Assembly: GCA_963815455.1 (NCBI GenBank)
Contig: CAWFGO010000001.1
Location: 416,001 to 480,000, forward strand
Length of the DNA stretch: 64,000 nucleotides
From: an uncultured Verrucomicrobiae bacterium
Lineage (GTDB): Bacteria; Verrucomicrobiota; Verrucomicrobiia; Chthoniobacterales; UBA10450
Direction of reading: 5' to 3'
The position numbers and the translations under genes were made by a program. Below the pieces are notes generated by a model. That model was not told the DNA's origin. It saw only the letters and a program-made list of their open reading frames with translations, and searched no databases. Within the stretch, counting starts at the first letter, position 1; every line of letters begins with the position of its first letter. Shown one piece after another: positions 1 to 11,914 of the stretch.

Positions 1-60
1 CATTGTTTCAGCCCGCAATTATGCGGGGACTGCTGGCAGCTATCAGCCGCATCTAAGACT

Positions 61-1437
61 TTACCCGACAACGAATTGATAATTACATAAATATTGTCTT
101 GCCCGGCAATCTTGTAGAACAGCGCATATCTGTCCAGCATATGCAATATTGATTCCTTGCATATTAACATTGCCACCATCCTGATTGATACCTTGTCCAT
201 CGCTGTCTACCACGGGCACTTCCATGTTAAATACAACCCTGTTACCCCAGGAGTCTGTCTTTCCAGTGGCCATTTTTATCCGATATCCAACCGGAAGCTG
301 CTTTTCTATAGTGAAAATATTATTACCGCGATCGCTGCCAATCTTCCACGTTTCGAGTCCCGATTCAGGTGTAGCGTTGTCCTTATCGTGCCAACGCCAG
401 TTGAGAGCCCTATACGATTGATTTCTAAAGGCGTAACATTTTATTATATATTCACCCTCGGGTACGGCAGCCCCGGTGAAATTATTGAGAAAATTGATGG
501 CGCTCCATGCTATCGCGTCAGATGCGGGTCCAAGCACTGGTGGTATAAGAGTCTGATCGCCCGTCGATTGATTGAACCGAAGCTTGACATCGCCCGCCGC
601 CTTCATGAGGGACGTTTCCATTCGATTCTTGATTCCGCCCGTGCATTTATCGTCTTTTGCGAACGGCGTGTCCCAGCCCATGTGAAATAGCAGTTCCAGA
701 TTCTGCCAAACGGACTTTGCTTCATTAAATGACTCGGTCACCGCTGTGGCAACCTGCTTGTTCTCTTTGACATATTTATTGAGAAAGAAAGCAATCATCG
801 GTTCTGTCATCATCTGGTCGCAAGGCGTGCCCACGGACGTTCTGGCGCCGATTGCCAACCAGTCATCGTTACAGGTGGCGGCATGGCAATTACACATATA
901 GACAAGTCGCAAACTCCGAAGTTGAAGTTTTTACCTTTTTGGGTCCTCGGCGTCCGTTAATAGCGAGCGGATTGTTCCGGAGTCGCCTCCCTCTAGCAGT
1001 AAACTCGATTACGCCAGCTCCAGTCTATCATCGCCGCCGTGCCCGAGAATCGAACAAGCTCAATTCTGATTGCCGGCTACGGTTTCAGCAATCAAATTAG
1101 TCAGCAACTTCTGCCTGGTGCAGTTCACATCCGTTAGGGGAATGATCTTGTCATAACGATCGGCACCCTGGGCAAAGGTTGCGTCAACATTTTCGAATGT
1201 TTCAGCGATTATTGTATCGCACGGCTCTAGAGAAGAACGTGGATCAACTGCGTGTTGTTCGCTATTTCGTCCGGGAAGTTGAAGATCTCAAGCATGGTGG
1301 GATTTTCGAGCCCGCCGTTTTCCTGTAGTGCCATCGGTTACTCTGTGAGTGGCCCCTTGAGCAGAAGGTGAGAAGGGGATCATCATCGCTGTCAAAAAGG
1401 TTAGAATAACACTCGTTGTCTTCGGATTTATTTTCAT
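61..1437 (-). CDS. Secreted protein with clan CD (caspase/gingipain-like) peptidase-type motifs; frameshifted, 3' end uncertain
   Basis: Signal-like start MKINPKTTSVILTFLTAMMIPF at 1437; hand translation across frameshifts gives ILGHG (~1040) followed by RLVYMCNC at the start of ORF 61..912. Confidence 0.45.
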
Positions 1438-1445
1438 TATTGTCT

Positions 1446-2618
1446 TCATTTTGTCGTTTGTTCTCCGCGCCCCAAGACCATGCTTGCTCCGTGTCCTGAT
1501 GCCTGCATATCGTTAAAAGCGGATTTCATTATCGTTTTCTCTGTTGCCCTCGTTAATTTGGTTGTTTGGATCAACTTTGAGCAGCAGGGCTCTTGGGTCG
1601 AGCAACTGCGTGCTGCCCGGTTCGGCAAAGCAACCTGATGAAGGTTTGCGTCGGATGGGCCAACCTTGAATCTTGGATCACTGATTGACACGAATCGAGG
1701 TCGGGCGACCAGTGTCAGTTATCCTTTTGAACGACGGGCGTACTTCCTGCTCGGGAATCCCTGCGCTAGAGTCAACGTATCAAGCACAAGGGGGTGTTTG
1801 GAATTAGTCACATCGATCAGTTGCACGTCAAATTGAGTGTTGGCCGGGAGCTGTATGATGTTGTTACCCGATACGCCCCAAATGAGTTTTGGTATGGGAA
1901 CAGTAGTAACGACATTCCTCGGCAAGCCGCTGCAGAAGAAACTCATCTGACTTGAGTCATCCCTCCGCGAGTGGTCGGGACCACTTCCTGTGTCAAGTTA
2001 ACCGGGCGTGTAAGCGTCACGGGGGTGCCCAGAGCGGGCGTTAAATTTGGCGAAGACGGCACTATAACGGCCATTCCTCCGGATAGAGCTTCCGGAGCTT
2101 CCCGGCGAGACATGCGTGCGATAAGTAGCGTTCGCCAGAGAGGTGCAGATCGGCGGCCACGATCTTCAGATCTGAACCTCTCACTACCAGTCGGCCATGT
2201 TAACGGTTACTGTGCGGTTACCGAGTCCGTGAGAAGACGCAGCTCTTGACATCGACTACGACGTATCCCTCAGACACCACATTGCCCAATACGATCGCGC
2301 GCATTCGGAGAGCTCTGTCGCTGGTCCCCCTGCCGCTTATCCATTCATAGATATTGGAGCCTCATCGGCATCCTGCGCAAAATCTGCTCCGTGCCCATAT
2401 AATCTGACCCTGATTGTCTCCCCCGAAGCGATCTTAATTCGAGCACGCTCGGCCCATAAGAAGTGAAGTGTCGAGAAATGAGCCTCGCTGCATGGACCTG
2501 AGATGTGGTCAATAGTGAAAGTGTCGATCGTCGCTGACGCCGGGACCGCCGTTGCCAGTAACATCATACCCGCAGCAAGCCAAGCGAGCGGGCGTTCTAG
2601 AGTAAGAGTTAAAATCAT
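1446..2618 (-). CDS. Hypothetical secreted protein, split over ORFs 2337..2618, 1719..1946 and 1446..1691
   Basis: Signal peptide (LAWLAAGMMLLATAVPASA) and co-oriented protein-like fragments; the join is inferred. Confidence 0.35.
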
Positions 2619-2639
2619 TTTAGTTTCCTTGTTAACTTA

Positions 2640-3266
2640 TAGAGGATCACGTCGCGACGCTGGAACCGACTACTGTGTGACGGCTGGGCGCACGACGAAC
2701 AGCTCGACGATGCCAATTCTGTTTCCCGACCTGCTCTGGATGGCGTCAATGCGTTTAAGGCGCGTGGCTGGAATGTACGCGTACGGCGAGTGCTGATTAC
2801 CGAGGCCGAATGGCTAGAAGTTAAGCAGGAGGACGACTTCATATTGTTAGGGCCAAGGTAGGAGGAGCACGCTCGCGAATGTGCTCGTACAGACAGTAAA
2901 AACAGTGAACGGGAAGTGGATGTCCCCGACCGATTCGCAGCATGCGTGTTGCTTCTGCGCAAACTCCGGTAACGGAAAGGTGTGGCGTGTGTTGATCGTT
3001 GCGCATGGGAGGGTCCGCGCTCAAATCATCGAAGTCAGCATTGCTCACGTCGATATCGCTGGACGAATCGGAGGGGGGCTATCTTGTGAAGGTTGCCCTT
3101 TTTCGTTCTTTGGCACTATGCAGTCGGCGCCGTCGATCGAGCGGCTGGCGAGGACCTCGGTCGAGATGATTACCGTCTGGCCCAGAGCCGCAGAGGGGAT
3201 TTGCCAGCAGGCCGCGAGAAGCACTAATGGGAGAAACGACTTTATCTGAGCTGAGGGCTTCGGCAT
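2640..3266 (-). CDS. Hypothetical secreted protein, frameshifted; 3' end approximate
   Basis: Signal peptide MPKPSAQIKSFLPLVLLAACWQIPSAALG, continuing into ORF 2839..3048. Confidence 0.3.
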
Positions 3267-3533
3267 AAACCAGGGGATCGCGTTTGGCGATGTCCCAGCT
3301 AAGGTCCAGCCCCCTTATTAGCCCTGCCGAAGATGCGTTGAGACGTCGTGTCTACGTAATCGGTAAGTCGGTAAGTAAGGAAATTTCGTTAGGCTGTCAA
3401 GCTTTGGTTTCAACCTTACGATTTTTGTTATTCTATATGGCCCTCCAACACGTCTTGGAGCCCCACTTCGTGTCCTGCGTACGTCCAGTCCCACGGGCCC
3501 GGGAGTGGAGCGAAAGACCTACGAGCTGCCGAA

Positions 3534-3914
3534 CTACCACCGGAGGTGAATCTTCGCGCAGAAAGAAACCGTACACATCTCGATTCTGATCGCAAAATCA
3601 GAGTTGATCTCCTCAATCGTTACCTGCGATTTTCTGACGCCAGCTTCACGAATCAGCCCGAGAAGCTGTTTCTTGTCTTTTCTCATTGTTGCTTCCTCGA
3701 ACCGTTGCACGAAATCCCCGCCTTTTTCGAGACGATCTAAGAGCAGAGACACCTCCTTGTTGACCAGGGCCATCGCTTGCTTTTCCTTTGCTGTCGCGGC
3801 AGCCAATGCCTTTGGATTTGGCTTAGTGCTGCCGGCTACGGCCTCGCTAACGCCTAATGACATGTGACGGTTAATAGGTACCGCCCCGAATGTCCACATA
3901 TTTCTTGTTTTCAT
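3534..3914 (-). CDS. Hypothetical 126-aa protein, weak resemblance to Bacillus YuzC-like small proteins
   Basis: Clean ORF with AGAAAGG upstream; helical core LLLDRL..F..RFEEA..K..L..LIREAGV and C-terminal C-x4-C..LRW. Confidence 0.55.
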   Translation of the reverse strand: MKTRNMWTFGAVPINRHMSLGVSEAVAGSTKPNPKALAAATAKEKQAMALVNKEVSLLLDRLEKGGDFVQRFEEATMRKDKKQLLGLIREAGVRKSQVTIEEINSDFAIRIEMCTVSFCAKIHLRW

Positions 3915-4276
3915 TATGTTGCCTTTCTATTGAAGGCATTTGACCGCCTTGGTCCAGACTATACAAGTCATTTGGGCGGTCCTTTCTTTTCAACTATCTC
4001 TCGTGTGGCAAGCAAGAAAACTGCGATCTGAAAAGCACTACTCAAAGCCGAACGCGTGTTTGGTCACTAATCCCTCGAGATAGCGCTGGTTGCAGTTTTG
4101 CAGTCCGCGATTATCGGTCCACCCGTTTCGCCCCCCTGACGCTGGAAATTCGGTCTACTCCTGTCCAGAAATGTCCACACGATTGTGCAGAGTTAATCCA
4201 ATCGGAATTCTTTTAGCGTCCGCACGTGTCTAGCAGTGTCCTGACACGTCGGGAGTAGTCGCAAACTAGCAAAAAA

Positions 4277-4317
4277 TCATTGCGAACGAGACGCTCTACC
4301 AACTGAGCTATACCCCC
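4277..4317 (-). pseudogene. 5' half of tRNA-Ala(CGC), truncated just after the anticodon loop; probable att junction
   Basis: GGGGGTATAGCTCAGTTGGTAGAGCGTCTCG-TTCGCAA-TGA followed by unrelated TTTTTTGC; no T-arm or 3' acceptor strand nearby. Confidence 0.8.
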
Positions 4318-4370
4318 GCCGGAACCGGCCGAAATTATCACGAGACCCGGATTTTTCATCAAGGATTGTT

Positions 4371-4436
4371 TGTAGCCGGAATCGGTGATCTCGGACGAAG
4401 ATGACGAGAAAACCGGCATCGACGATGCCGGCTACA
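4371..4436. repeat. REP-like palindromic element downstream of the DUF885 gene
   Basis: TGTAGCCGG...CCGGCTACA terminal inverted repeat with internal hairpin CCGGCATCGACGATGCCGG. Confidence 0.7.
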
Positions 4437-4437
4437 A

Positions 4438-6167
4438 CTACAACCCGAGCAACTCGCGAACGTATTTCGGCGGCGGGCTGCCGAAGCTCAGAACACTGTC
4501 GTGATAGTCTTTCCTTTGAAATTCTCCTGGCTTTTTTCTTCGCCAGGTCGCGGATCTCCAGCATTTCGCTCACGCCGACAAAATAGGTGGACAATTGCGC
4601 GGACGTCAGCTGGGCGCGTTTCCATTTCGCCACCGCTTCGCCTTCCTGCTGGTAGCCTTCCTTCATCATCAGATCCATCGCTTCCTTTTCGGTCATGTTT
4701 CCCGCATGAATGCTTTGATCGAGAATGGCGTTGCAATCGACGCGCAACCGCATTTTCAACTGCTGCATCTTCACATCCGGCCCCCCATAGCCTTTTTCGG
4801 CCATCATCTGCTCGCAATAGACCGCCCAGCCTTCAATGAACGGGCCGTTTTCGAAAATCGCGCGCACCAGGGTCGGCGCGCGAAACTCATTCGCATGCGC
4901 CAGCTGCAGATAATGTCCGGGCATGGCTTCATGCACCGTAAGATCGCGTATCATGTAATCGTTATATTCGCGAAAGAAAGATTCCTTCGTTTCCTTCGAC
5001 CAATCTTTAGGCGTCGGCGCCACTGCGAAAAAAGTTTTGCCATGCTTCTCGAGCGGCCCGGCTGCGTCGCAATAGGCAATGCCGCGCCGCGCTTGAACTC
5101 GGGCATCACAATCACGTCGAGCGGCGTGTTCGGAACGGTGACCAGATTGTGCGATTTCACAAAATCGGTCGCCTCCCTGACGACTTTCTGGCAGAAACCG
5201 ACAATGGTGTTGTCGTCCGGGTGTTGCTCCGCCAGCTTGTTCAAAACCGCAGTCGTAACTTTCTTTTTGTCGTCAAGCGCCGCCTGGTCGGCTTTCGGAA
5301 AATATTTTTTGTAAAGCGGCAGGGCCGTTTCATAGAGAGCATCTTGCGTTTGATGCAGATCGGCCTGCGCCCGTTTCATGATTTCTTCCATCGACAAGTC
5401 CGAGGCGAGCGCGAAATGCAGATTTCTTGCGAAACTTCTCCGCGCCGATGCGAAAATTGCCGTCGGAACGTTTTAGCAGATCGTTTTTCAGCCATTTCTT
5501 GTAGTCCTCCAGCGCCTTCGCGGTTTTTTCCTGGATCGGCGCGAGGTCCTTCTTCATTTGCGGCGCGCGATCGAGAAGCGGTCGAAAGCCCCTCGCGCAC
5601 CAGTTTGATGGCGCCTTCGGTCTGTTCGATGGCCGTCTCCGTGTGAACGCGCGGCGGATGCTGCAGGTTCTTTTTAGCCTCGGCGATCACGAGCGGGATC
5701 GCTTCCATGCGTTTGCGCAGATTCGGGATGCGATTTTCCGGCGTATCGAAATCGCGCGCGACAATGAGATAGAGGCTGTCGGCAAGGCTCCGAGTGTAAA
5801 CCAGCGGGTTCCAATCGGGTTCCTTCATTTCCTCCAGTTGGAAGATTTCGCTATCGACGTTTTCCCGCAGGATGCGCACATCGACCCGGTTCGGGCCGGT
5901 CAGCTGTGAAAAATCGTCGAACTTCTTGAGCTCTTCGCGAAATTGTTTCGCCCGGGCCAGTTGCCGGGTCCGCGTCGCGGCCGAGTAATCGCTCAGTTGA
6001 CCGTCGAATCGATGATCGCCCAGTTCGGTGGCTCGTTCGGGATGCTCGGCCAGATAGCCTTCCACATAATCTTGGCGATCTTTTCAAATTCGTCGTCCTT
6101 GGGATTCGCGTTGGCGTTCGAATGATCGACAGGACAACAGGAGACCAGCCGGCAAGAATCTTTTCAC
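4438..6167 (-). CDS. DUF885 family protein (several frameshifts)
   Basis: HPERATELGDHRFD, HEAMPGHYLQ, FIEGWAVYCE and QLSTYFVG motifs across ORFs 5376..6065, 5330..5557, 4951..5397, 4277..5023. Confidence 0.88.
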
Positions 6168-6178
6168 CTTACTTAAAG

Positions 6179-7671
6179 CTATGCCTCCGGTTGAACCGCA
6201 AATCCCACCGCCGGCTCCGCATCGCCGGTAACTTTCGTCTGATCCTGCAGATACGTCCGGCCTTTGTAAAACGGCGTCACGATGGCAAACAGCACCGCCG
6301 TTCCCAGCATGACCCAGAAAAAGAACATAAAGTAACTCGCTCCCTGCAGCTTCACCGATCCGTCCGGATTTTCGATGAAGAAATTGACTCCGGCTGTGAA
6401 AGCATTCCCGAGTGAGACTGCGAGCAAATAGGTGCACATGCAAAGCGACTTGAGCTTGACCGGTCCTTGCGTGTAGGAAAACTCAAGGTGAGTCGGCGAA
6501 GCCAGCGTTTCACCGGCCGTCAGGATCACAAACGCCCAAATTTGCCAGATAATGTTGGGCCGCGCGCCGCCGTCAATGCGCGTCTGAATCATCGCGACCA
6601 AAAAAAACGATGCCGCAGTGACAAACAATCCGGCGCCCATCTTCCGCAGCGGGGTCAGCGGAATCAGCTTCTCGACGGCGGATAAAGCAAATAGGAAAAG
6701 AGCGGCAGCATGACCAGAATGAAAATCGGATTAACGGTCTGGATTTGCGACGACAGCCAGTTCATTCCGAAGAAATGCCGATCCATCGACTCCGCTTGAA
6801 CGATCCACGAGGAAAAATTCTGCTGCCACAAAGCCCAAAACATGGCCATGAACGGCACAGGCATCAGAATGTTGAGCAGGATCTTGCCTGTTTCCTTGTT
6901 GAAAATTTCGCGTCCGTACGTTCGCAGGCCAACTGGCGGGATATGGACAAATTTCTTGCGTCCCATCCAGAAAATGATCGTGGCGAGAGCCATGAAAACG
7001 CCTGGCAAGCCCAAAAGCGAAGTCCGGGCTGTGCAGTCGCGGACTCACCAGAAAATTTGAGACGGAAGTGGGCAACAAATTCGTGAGCCAGTTGGGAAGG
7101 CCGCTTGCGGCGCCAGGAGCCATGGAATGAGCAACGTCGACATGGCCGACCCGGCATTAATCGAAAAATAAAACCAGTTAAACACCCGGGTCAGCAAGTG
7201 CTTGTTTGTCTCGCCAAATTGATCGCCGACGTTCGTTGAGACGCAGGGTTTAATTCCGCCTGCGCCGAGCGCGATCAAGAGAGACCGATGGCAAGCAAGT
7301 AGCGTGGCTCAATGGCGTGTGCCACGCCCGTGCCCATCAGCGCAAGAGTGAGATGTCCGCCGCAATAAACGATCGACAGCCAAAAGACGACCCAGAATTT
7401 GCCGAAGATCGCATCGGCGAGAACCGCGCCGAGAATTGGCAGAAGTAAAGCGAGGTAACGAAAGTGTGATACCACGCTTCGGCTCTTGCCGGGGCCATTA
7501 CATCCAGATGACCCACCTTGTTTACAAGATAGGTGGTCATGAAAATGGTCAGGACGGAATTCATCCCGTAATAGGAAAATCGTTCTGCCGCTTCGTTCCC
7601 GACGATGTACGGCACGCCAGGCGGCATGGTGCCGATCTTCGGCGGCGTAGTCAGGTATTGCGTTTGGCCAT
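6179..7671 (-). CDS. POT/PTR family proton-dependent oligopeptide transporter (frameshifted)
   Basis: [10 protein letters not shown] (ExxERFxYYG), [22 protein letters not shown], multiple TM helices. Confidence 0.92.
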
Positions 7672-7683
7672 GTTCTTATTTGC

Positions 7684-7914
7684 CTAACGGGACTTCGCGG
7701 GGAAGAATTCAGCCGGCGTTGGTGTCGGCGAAGCCGGTTGGGCCGCAGGCGCAGGCGCAGGCGATGTCGATGTTTCGGTGACCGCCTCCGCGCTTTCTTC
7801 ATGCCCGTCGATAGGATCGACATGTTCCTTTTGCACCTCGGGCATTTCGCCCAGGTGATGTTTTCGCAGGAACAAATCAGAATCAGTGCGGCGCCCCCCA
7901 AAATCGCCGCGCAT
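7684..7914 (-). CDS. Small putative lipoprotein with Pro/Ala-rich tail (frameshifted start)
   Basis: Hydrophobic AILGGAALILICSC then acidic/Pro-rich region ending PAEFFPAKSR. Confidence 0.5.
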   Translation of the reverse strand: MRGDFGGRRTDSDLFLRKHHLGEMPEVQKEHVDPIDGHEESAEAVTETSTSPAPAPAAQPASPTPTPAEFFPAKSR

Positions 7915-7993
7915 TTCCCAATCGAAAGTTGCATAAGGCGCAGCGACAATAATCGCCCTTCGGCGTGATGCGCAAGGTGAAAGCACAGCAGAA

Positions 7994-8042
7994 GTGGCAT
8001 GGGCTTCCACCCATGTCCCCATCGGCAAGATGCCGATGCCAC
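7994..8042. repeat. GTGGCA...TGCCAC double-hairpin REP-like element, intergenic copy
   Basis: GTGGCATGGGCTTCCACCCATG-TCCC-CATCGGCAAGATGCCGATGCCAC; related copies at 12909 and 19426. Confidence 0.85.
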
Positions 8043-8099
8043 GATGCGCTACGCTAACAGCTATTGACAGGAGCTCCCGCAGGATTGCTACGGCACGGC

Positions 8100-11000
8100 T
8101 CATCCGAGGTGCGATTTCACCAAACCAACGTCCGAACCGTTAATCGTCCCGTTGAGTGTCACGTCTTCACGGAAATTAGCGTTCGTAACTGGCGCGCCGA
8201 TCTGCCCCTTGGTTTGGGCAACATCAGAAGCATTTACCGTTCGGTTTCCGTTGGTATCGCCAATGAGCATGTTCACGCTCACCACCGTGTCGGCCAGAAC
8301 CTGACCGAAACTGTCGGTTACGTTGCTCAAAGTGACCGTGATTTTCTGGGCATTATCTACGCCGGTCAGATTCACCGTCATGGTGTTAGCGGAAAACGCA
8401 GGTGTGCCCGACACGCTTCCTATGCCAGTCGTTACGTTCGCGTCGCCGCTGACAACGTCACTGCTATAGGTGATGACCAGGGTGTGATCGCCATTGATTC
8501 CGCCGGTGCGGCATTCTACGCCAGGCTGACCACTGAGAGGTCGATTGATGGGAAAAACGCCGGCCATGCCGTGATTTTTTTGTGAGACTGCGCTGAGCAG
8601 TTGTGTCGGGCACTCCAGCGTCAGGACGAGGTCCGCACGGGCGGTGGAATTTGCAGAATGGCTGTCTCAACTACTCCATTACAACCCGCGTTTTGTGCGC
8701 GCACTTTGTAAAAACCGGAGAGCGCGTCCCAGCCGAAATGGCCGTCGGTGTCGGTCGTATCGGGGTTATGCCGATTGCCAGGAGACATGACGGCGCTGCC
8801 ATCGGGCACGATATCGAACGGACCCATTGGTGTATCCGAGCGAAGCAGCGTTACGGTCGCGCCTGAAATCGGTGCGCCATGATTATCCCGCACTGTGCCG
8901 CTGGGATCGATGTACAAATCGAAGCCGATTGTGGTGGTGCTGCCTCCGCAATCTATCGTCATCGACACCGTAGCAGCGCCATGCGCAGGAAGAGCGCCGG
9001 AACTGATGCTGTAAAAGTGCCGCTGCCTGCCGGTGTCTCCGTCATCGGACCGCTGGCGAAGATTGAAAATCCGCGTGAGATAATATACGACGCCGTCCCG
9101 TTCGGACAGCCGGTTGTAGTGAGGGTGAGGGGCGATTGCCAGTAGACGGTCGGCACATCGCCGCCACCGTTATTGTGTGGCTCAATGCTCGTCCCAGAGG
9201 GTGGCGGAGCCGGTGCTTGCAACATCAGGTCTTGGTTCGTGAGCGCGCTGCTACAGCCCTGCACCGAGCGATCGAGAAGTTATCCCGGCACATCAACCGA
9301 CCCTTGCGGCGGGAAAATGGTTAGATCGAAAGGCGTATTGAGCGGCAACCCAGTGATTTGATAATTCCCGCTCGCATCCGTTGTCGCATTAAAAGAACAC
9401 GGGCCGTTGTTAGGTTCGCAGGCCTGTAGAGTTCGCCTTGGAGTGGGCCTTGCGCGTCTGTGATTTGCCCAGATATCATCCCGCAAAAATTAGGCGATGG
9501 CGACTTGCACTGACCGGCGACACCGGCATCGAAAATGGCCTGCACTTCTGACGGTGTGAGTGCACGATCAAAGACTTGAGCCTCATCGATGAGGCCGTTA
9601 AAAAGACGAGGTCCAAAGAAAGGGTGATTGCCAATCATCAAAGGTTGTCCGCTCTGTCCGCGCGTAAGGTTCGTAAAAGCGTTGAGGTTCTCCAGCTGGC
9701 CGTTGATATACATCCTCAACCCGGACGCGTCCCATGTGCCCGCGACGTGATACCAGACTCCAACTTGAATGACCGTCGTCGAAGCAACGTTGATACCGCC
9801 CGAAATGTGGAAGAAGAACCGGTCCTGGGTGCCGGCCTGCAAATCAAAATCCGTATTGAGACCGCCCTTGCAGATGATCGCCATGGTGTGCCCGGCAGTA
9901 GAAGGCAACTGGTTGAACATGACCCAGGCATCCATGCTGCCGGCGGTGGTCGGGTCCTGTGCGGAAACGGCAGCAGCTTGCACGTAAGTACTGGAGCCAT
10001 TAAGACTAAACGCCTGCCCGACTTTTCCGGGCGCGAATGTTGCGCCGCCTTGCAGACTGCCGTTATTGCCGGTTTGAATATCAAATGCGTTACCGTCGCC
10101 TGGATACCATCCGACTAAATTAGTTGGTGGCGCGATGCAGCCCGGCACAATGGTCATCGAGTAAGCTCGCTGCGCCATCGTGTTATTCGAGTCTGCCGCT
10201 TGAACGGTGAAGTTGAAACCACCCATTGCCTGCGGCGTGCCGCTGATAGTTCCGCCATTAGACAAACTGAGACCGGTCGGCAAAGAGCCGTTGCTGACGG
10301 TAAAAGTATACGGCCCCGTTCCGGCCCCAGCGGTAATGGTCTGGCTATAAGCCAAGCCTACGGCTCCATCGGGCAGCGACGTCGGGCTGGATAACAAGTG
10401 CCGGTTTGCACTGGCCCGCGCTTCCGGCGGCGAAGATGGCTTGGACCTCCGAGGCGCTCAGCGCGCGGTTGAAGACTTCGAACTCGTCAATGTCGCCGTT
10501 GAACGGCTGCGGGCCATTGCCTGACCCTGCCCGATCGTGAAGAGATCACTCGTGCGGAGCGAGTTTGTGCCAAGGTTGTTGTCAATAACCACCATGGTGT
10601 CCAGCACGCCGTCCACGTAAAGCTTAACTCCTGATGCAGATAAACTTCCGTCATACGTGGCCGTAACATGGTGCCATTGACCGTCATTAACGCCGGTGCT
10701 GCCGCGAACGATCATGGCATGATCCCTGGGCAATTTGCGGTCGCGCTGTTGTCCAAGAAAAATGAAAGGAAGCCTGCCCCCGGCGGCGTCACAGGCGTCG
10801 GGTAGCAGGCTGGAGTTTGGCCATTGTCGACTTGGAGACCGTAACCCGTAAACGGGGCGTTGATCTGTCGCTTCGCGGCGATGAACATGTTAACCGAGGT
10901 CTCGGTCGTACGGAGCCATGCGTCGATACTGAATGGATTCGTTCTCTCAAAGTTTACGCTGGACCCGTTCGTAACTTGGATGAATTGGTTCGTGCCGTTG

Positions 11001-11242
11001 AAGTGAAACGCCTGTCCGACCTTGCCGGACGCAAAGGTCGCGCCGTTTTGCAGCGTTCCGTTGCTGTCGCCTTGATAGTCCAAGGTGTTGCCGTCGCCCG
11101 GCCACCACGCGACCAAATCCGAGGGCGGCGTGATGCAGGCCTGGCCAAGCGGCGAGCGCCGGGCGAGTCCAACGCTCGTTAACGCGAGAGTGATGAAGAT
11201 CAATTTCAGGAGCTGATTCGTTTTCATAGTTTTGTCCTTCAC
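8100..11242 (-). CDS. Large secreted protein: 2x LamG-like, putative Ig, carboxypeptidase-regulatory-like domains, C-terminal dockerin-like domain (frameshifted)
   Basis: Signal peptide; twice (WW/WY)PGDGN..GATFA.GKVGQAF..WxHV..T(Y/W)D..FNGxIDE; SLPDGAVGLAYSQTI..GSLPTGLSL; GDTNGNRTVNASDV..DVTLNGTINGSDV. Confidence 0.85.
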
Positions 11243-11341
11243 CTAGAAATGGCGAAAACGGGGGGCGTGAATGGACATTCGTTAGAAAAAAAGCTCGCTT
11301 TTGTTCAGCTCGCCGCGTAAAAAGCGGTCGAGGCAAAGCTC

Positions 11342-11914
11342 GTGAATTCCAACTCCCCACCGGACGTTACCCAGGTTCTGAAGAATTGGCGTGAGGGCGA
11401 CACCACCGTGCCAGACAAATTGATGCCGCTCGTTTACGAGGAATTGCGCGGCCTCGCTCGCAAATATCTCTCAAACGAACGCTCCGATCACACGCTGCAG
11501 GCGACAGCGTTAGTTCATGAATCCTATCTCCGGCTGGTTGACGACACCCGGATGAGCTGGAAGGACCGCGCCCATTTTTACGGGGCGGCCGCGAGCGTGA
11601 TGCGGCGCATTCTGATTGATTACGCCCGCGCGCACAACGCGGAGAAGCGCGGCGGCAAATTACAAAAACTCTACCTCGACGAAACCAAGGAACTTTTGCA
11701 GGAGAGCCCGCCGGATCTCGTCGCGCTCGACGATGCGCTGCAGAGTTTTGCCGCCACGTTCCCGCGCGAGAGCCAGGTGGTGGAAATGAAATTCTTTGGC
11801 GGAATGGAAGCGCGCGAGATCGCGGAAGTGTTGGACGTTTCGGCCAAAACCGTTTCGCGCGATTGGGATTTTGCGAAGATCTGGCTTTGCCGCGCGCTGA
11901 GCAATGCAGCCTGA
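11342..11914 (+). CDS. ECF sigma factor, kinase-associated (TIGR02999-like) type
   Basis: LMPLVYEELRGLA, HTLQATALVHESYLRL, MRRILIDYAR..KRGG, TVSRDWDFAKIWL. Confidence 0.92.
   Translation: MNSNSPPDVTQVLKNWREGDTTVPDKLMPLVYEELRGLARKYLSNERSDHTLQATALVHESYLRLVDDTRMSWKDRAHFYGAAASVMRRILIDYARAHNAEKRGGKLQKLYLDETKELLQESPPDLVALDDALQSFAATFPRESQVVEMKFFGGMEAREIAEVLDVSAKTVSRDWDFAKIWLCRALSNAA

Noticed and set aside
3920..4276. Intron in tRNA-Ala
   Set aside because: No 3' exon seen in the 4.2 kb downstream and no recognisable intron core
8100..8260. Cellulosome component
   Set aside because: Dockerin-like repeat only; no cohesin or glycoside hydrolase in the window
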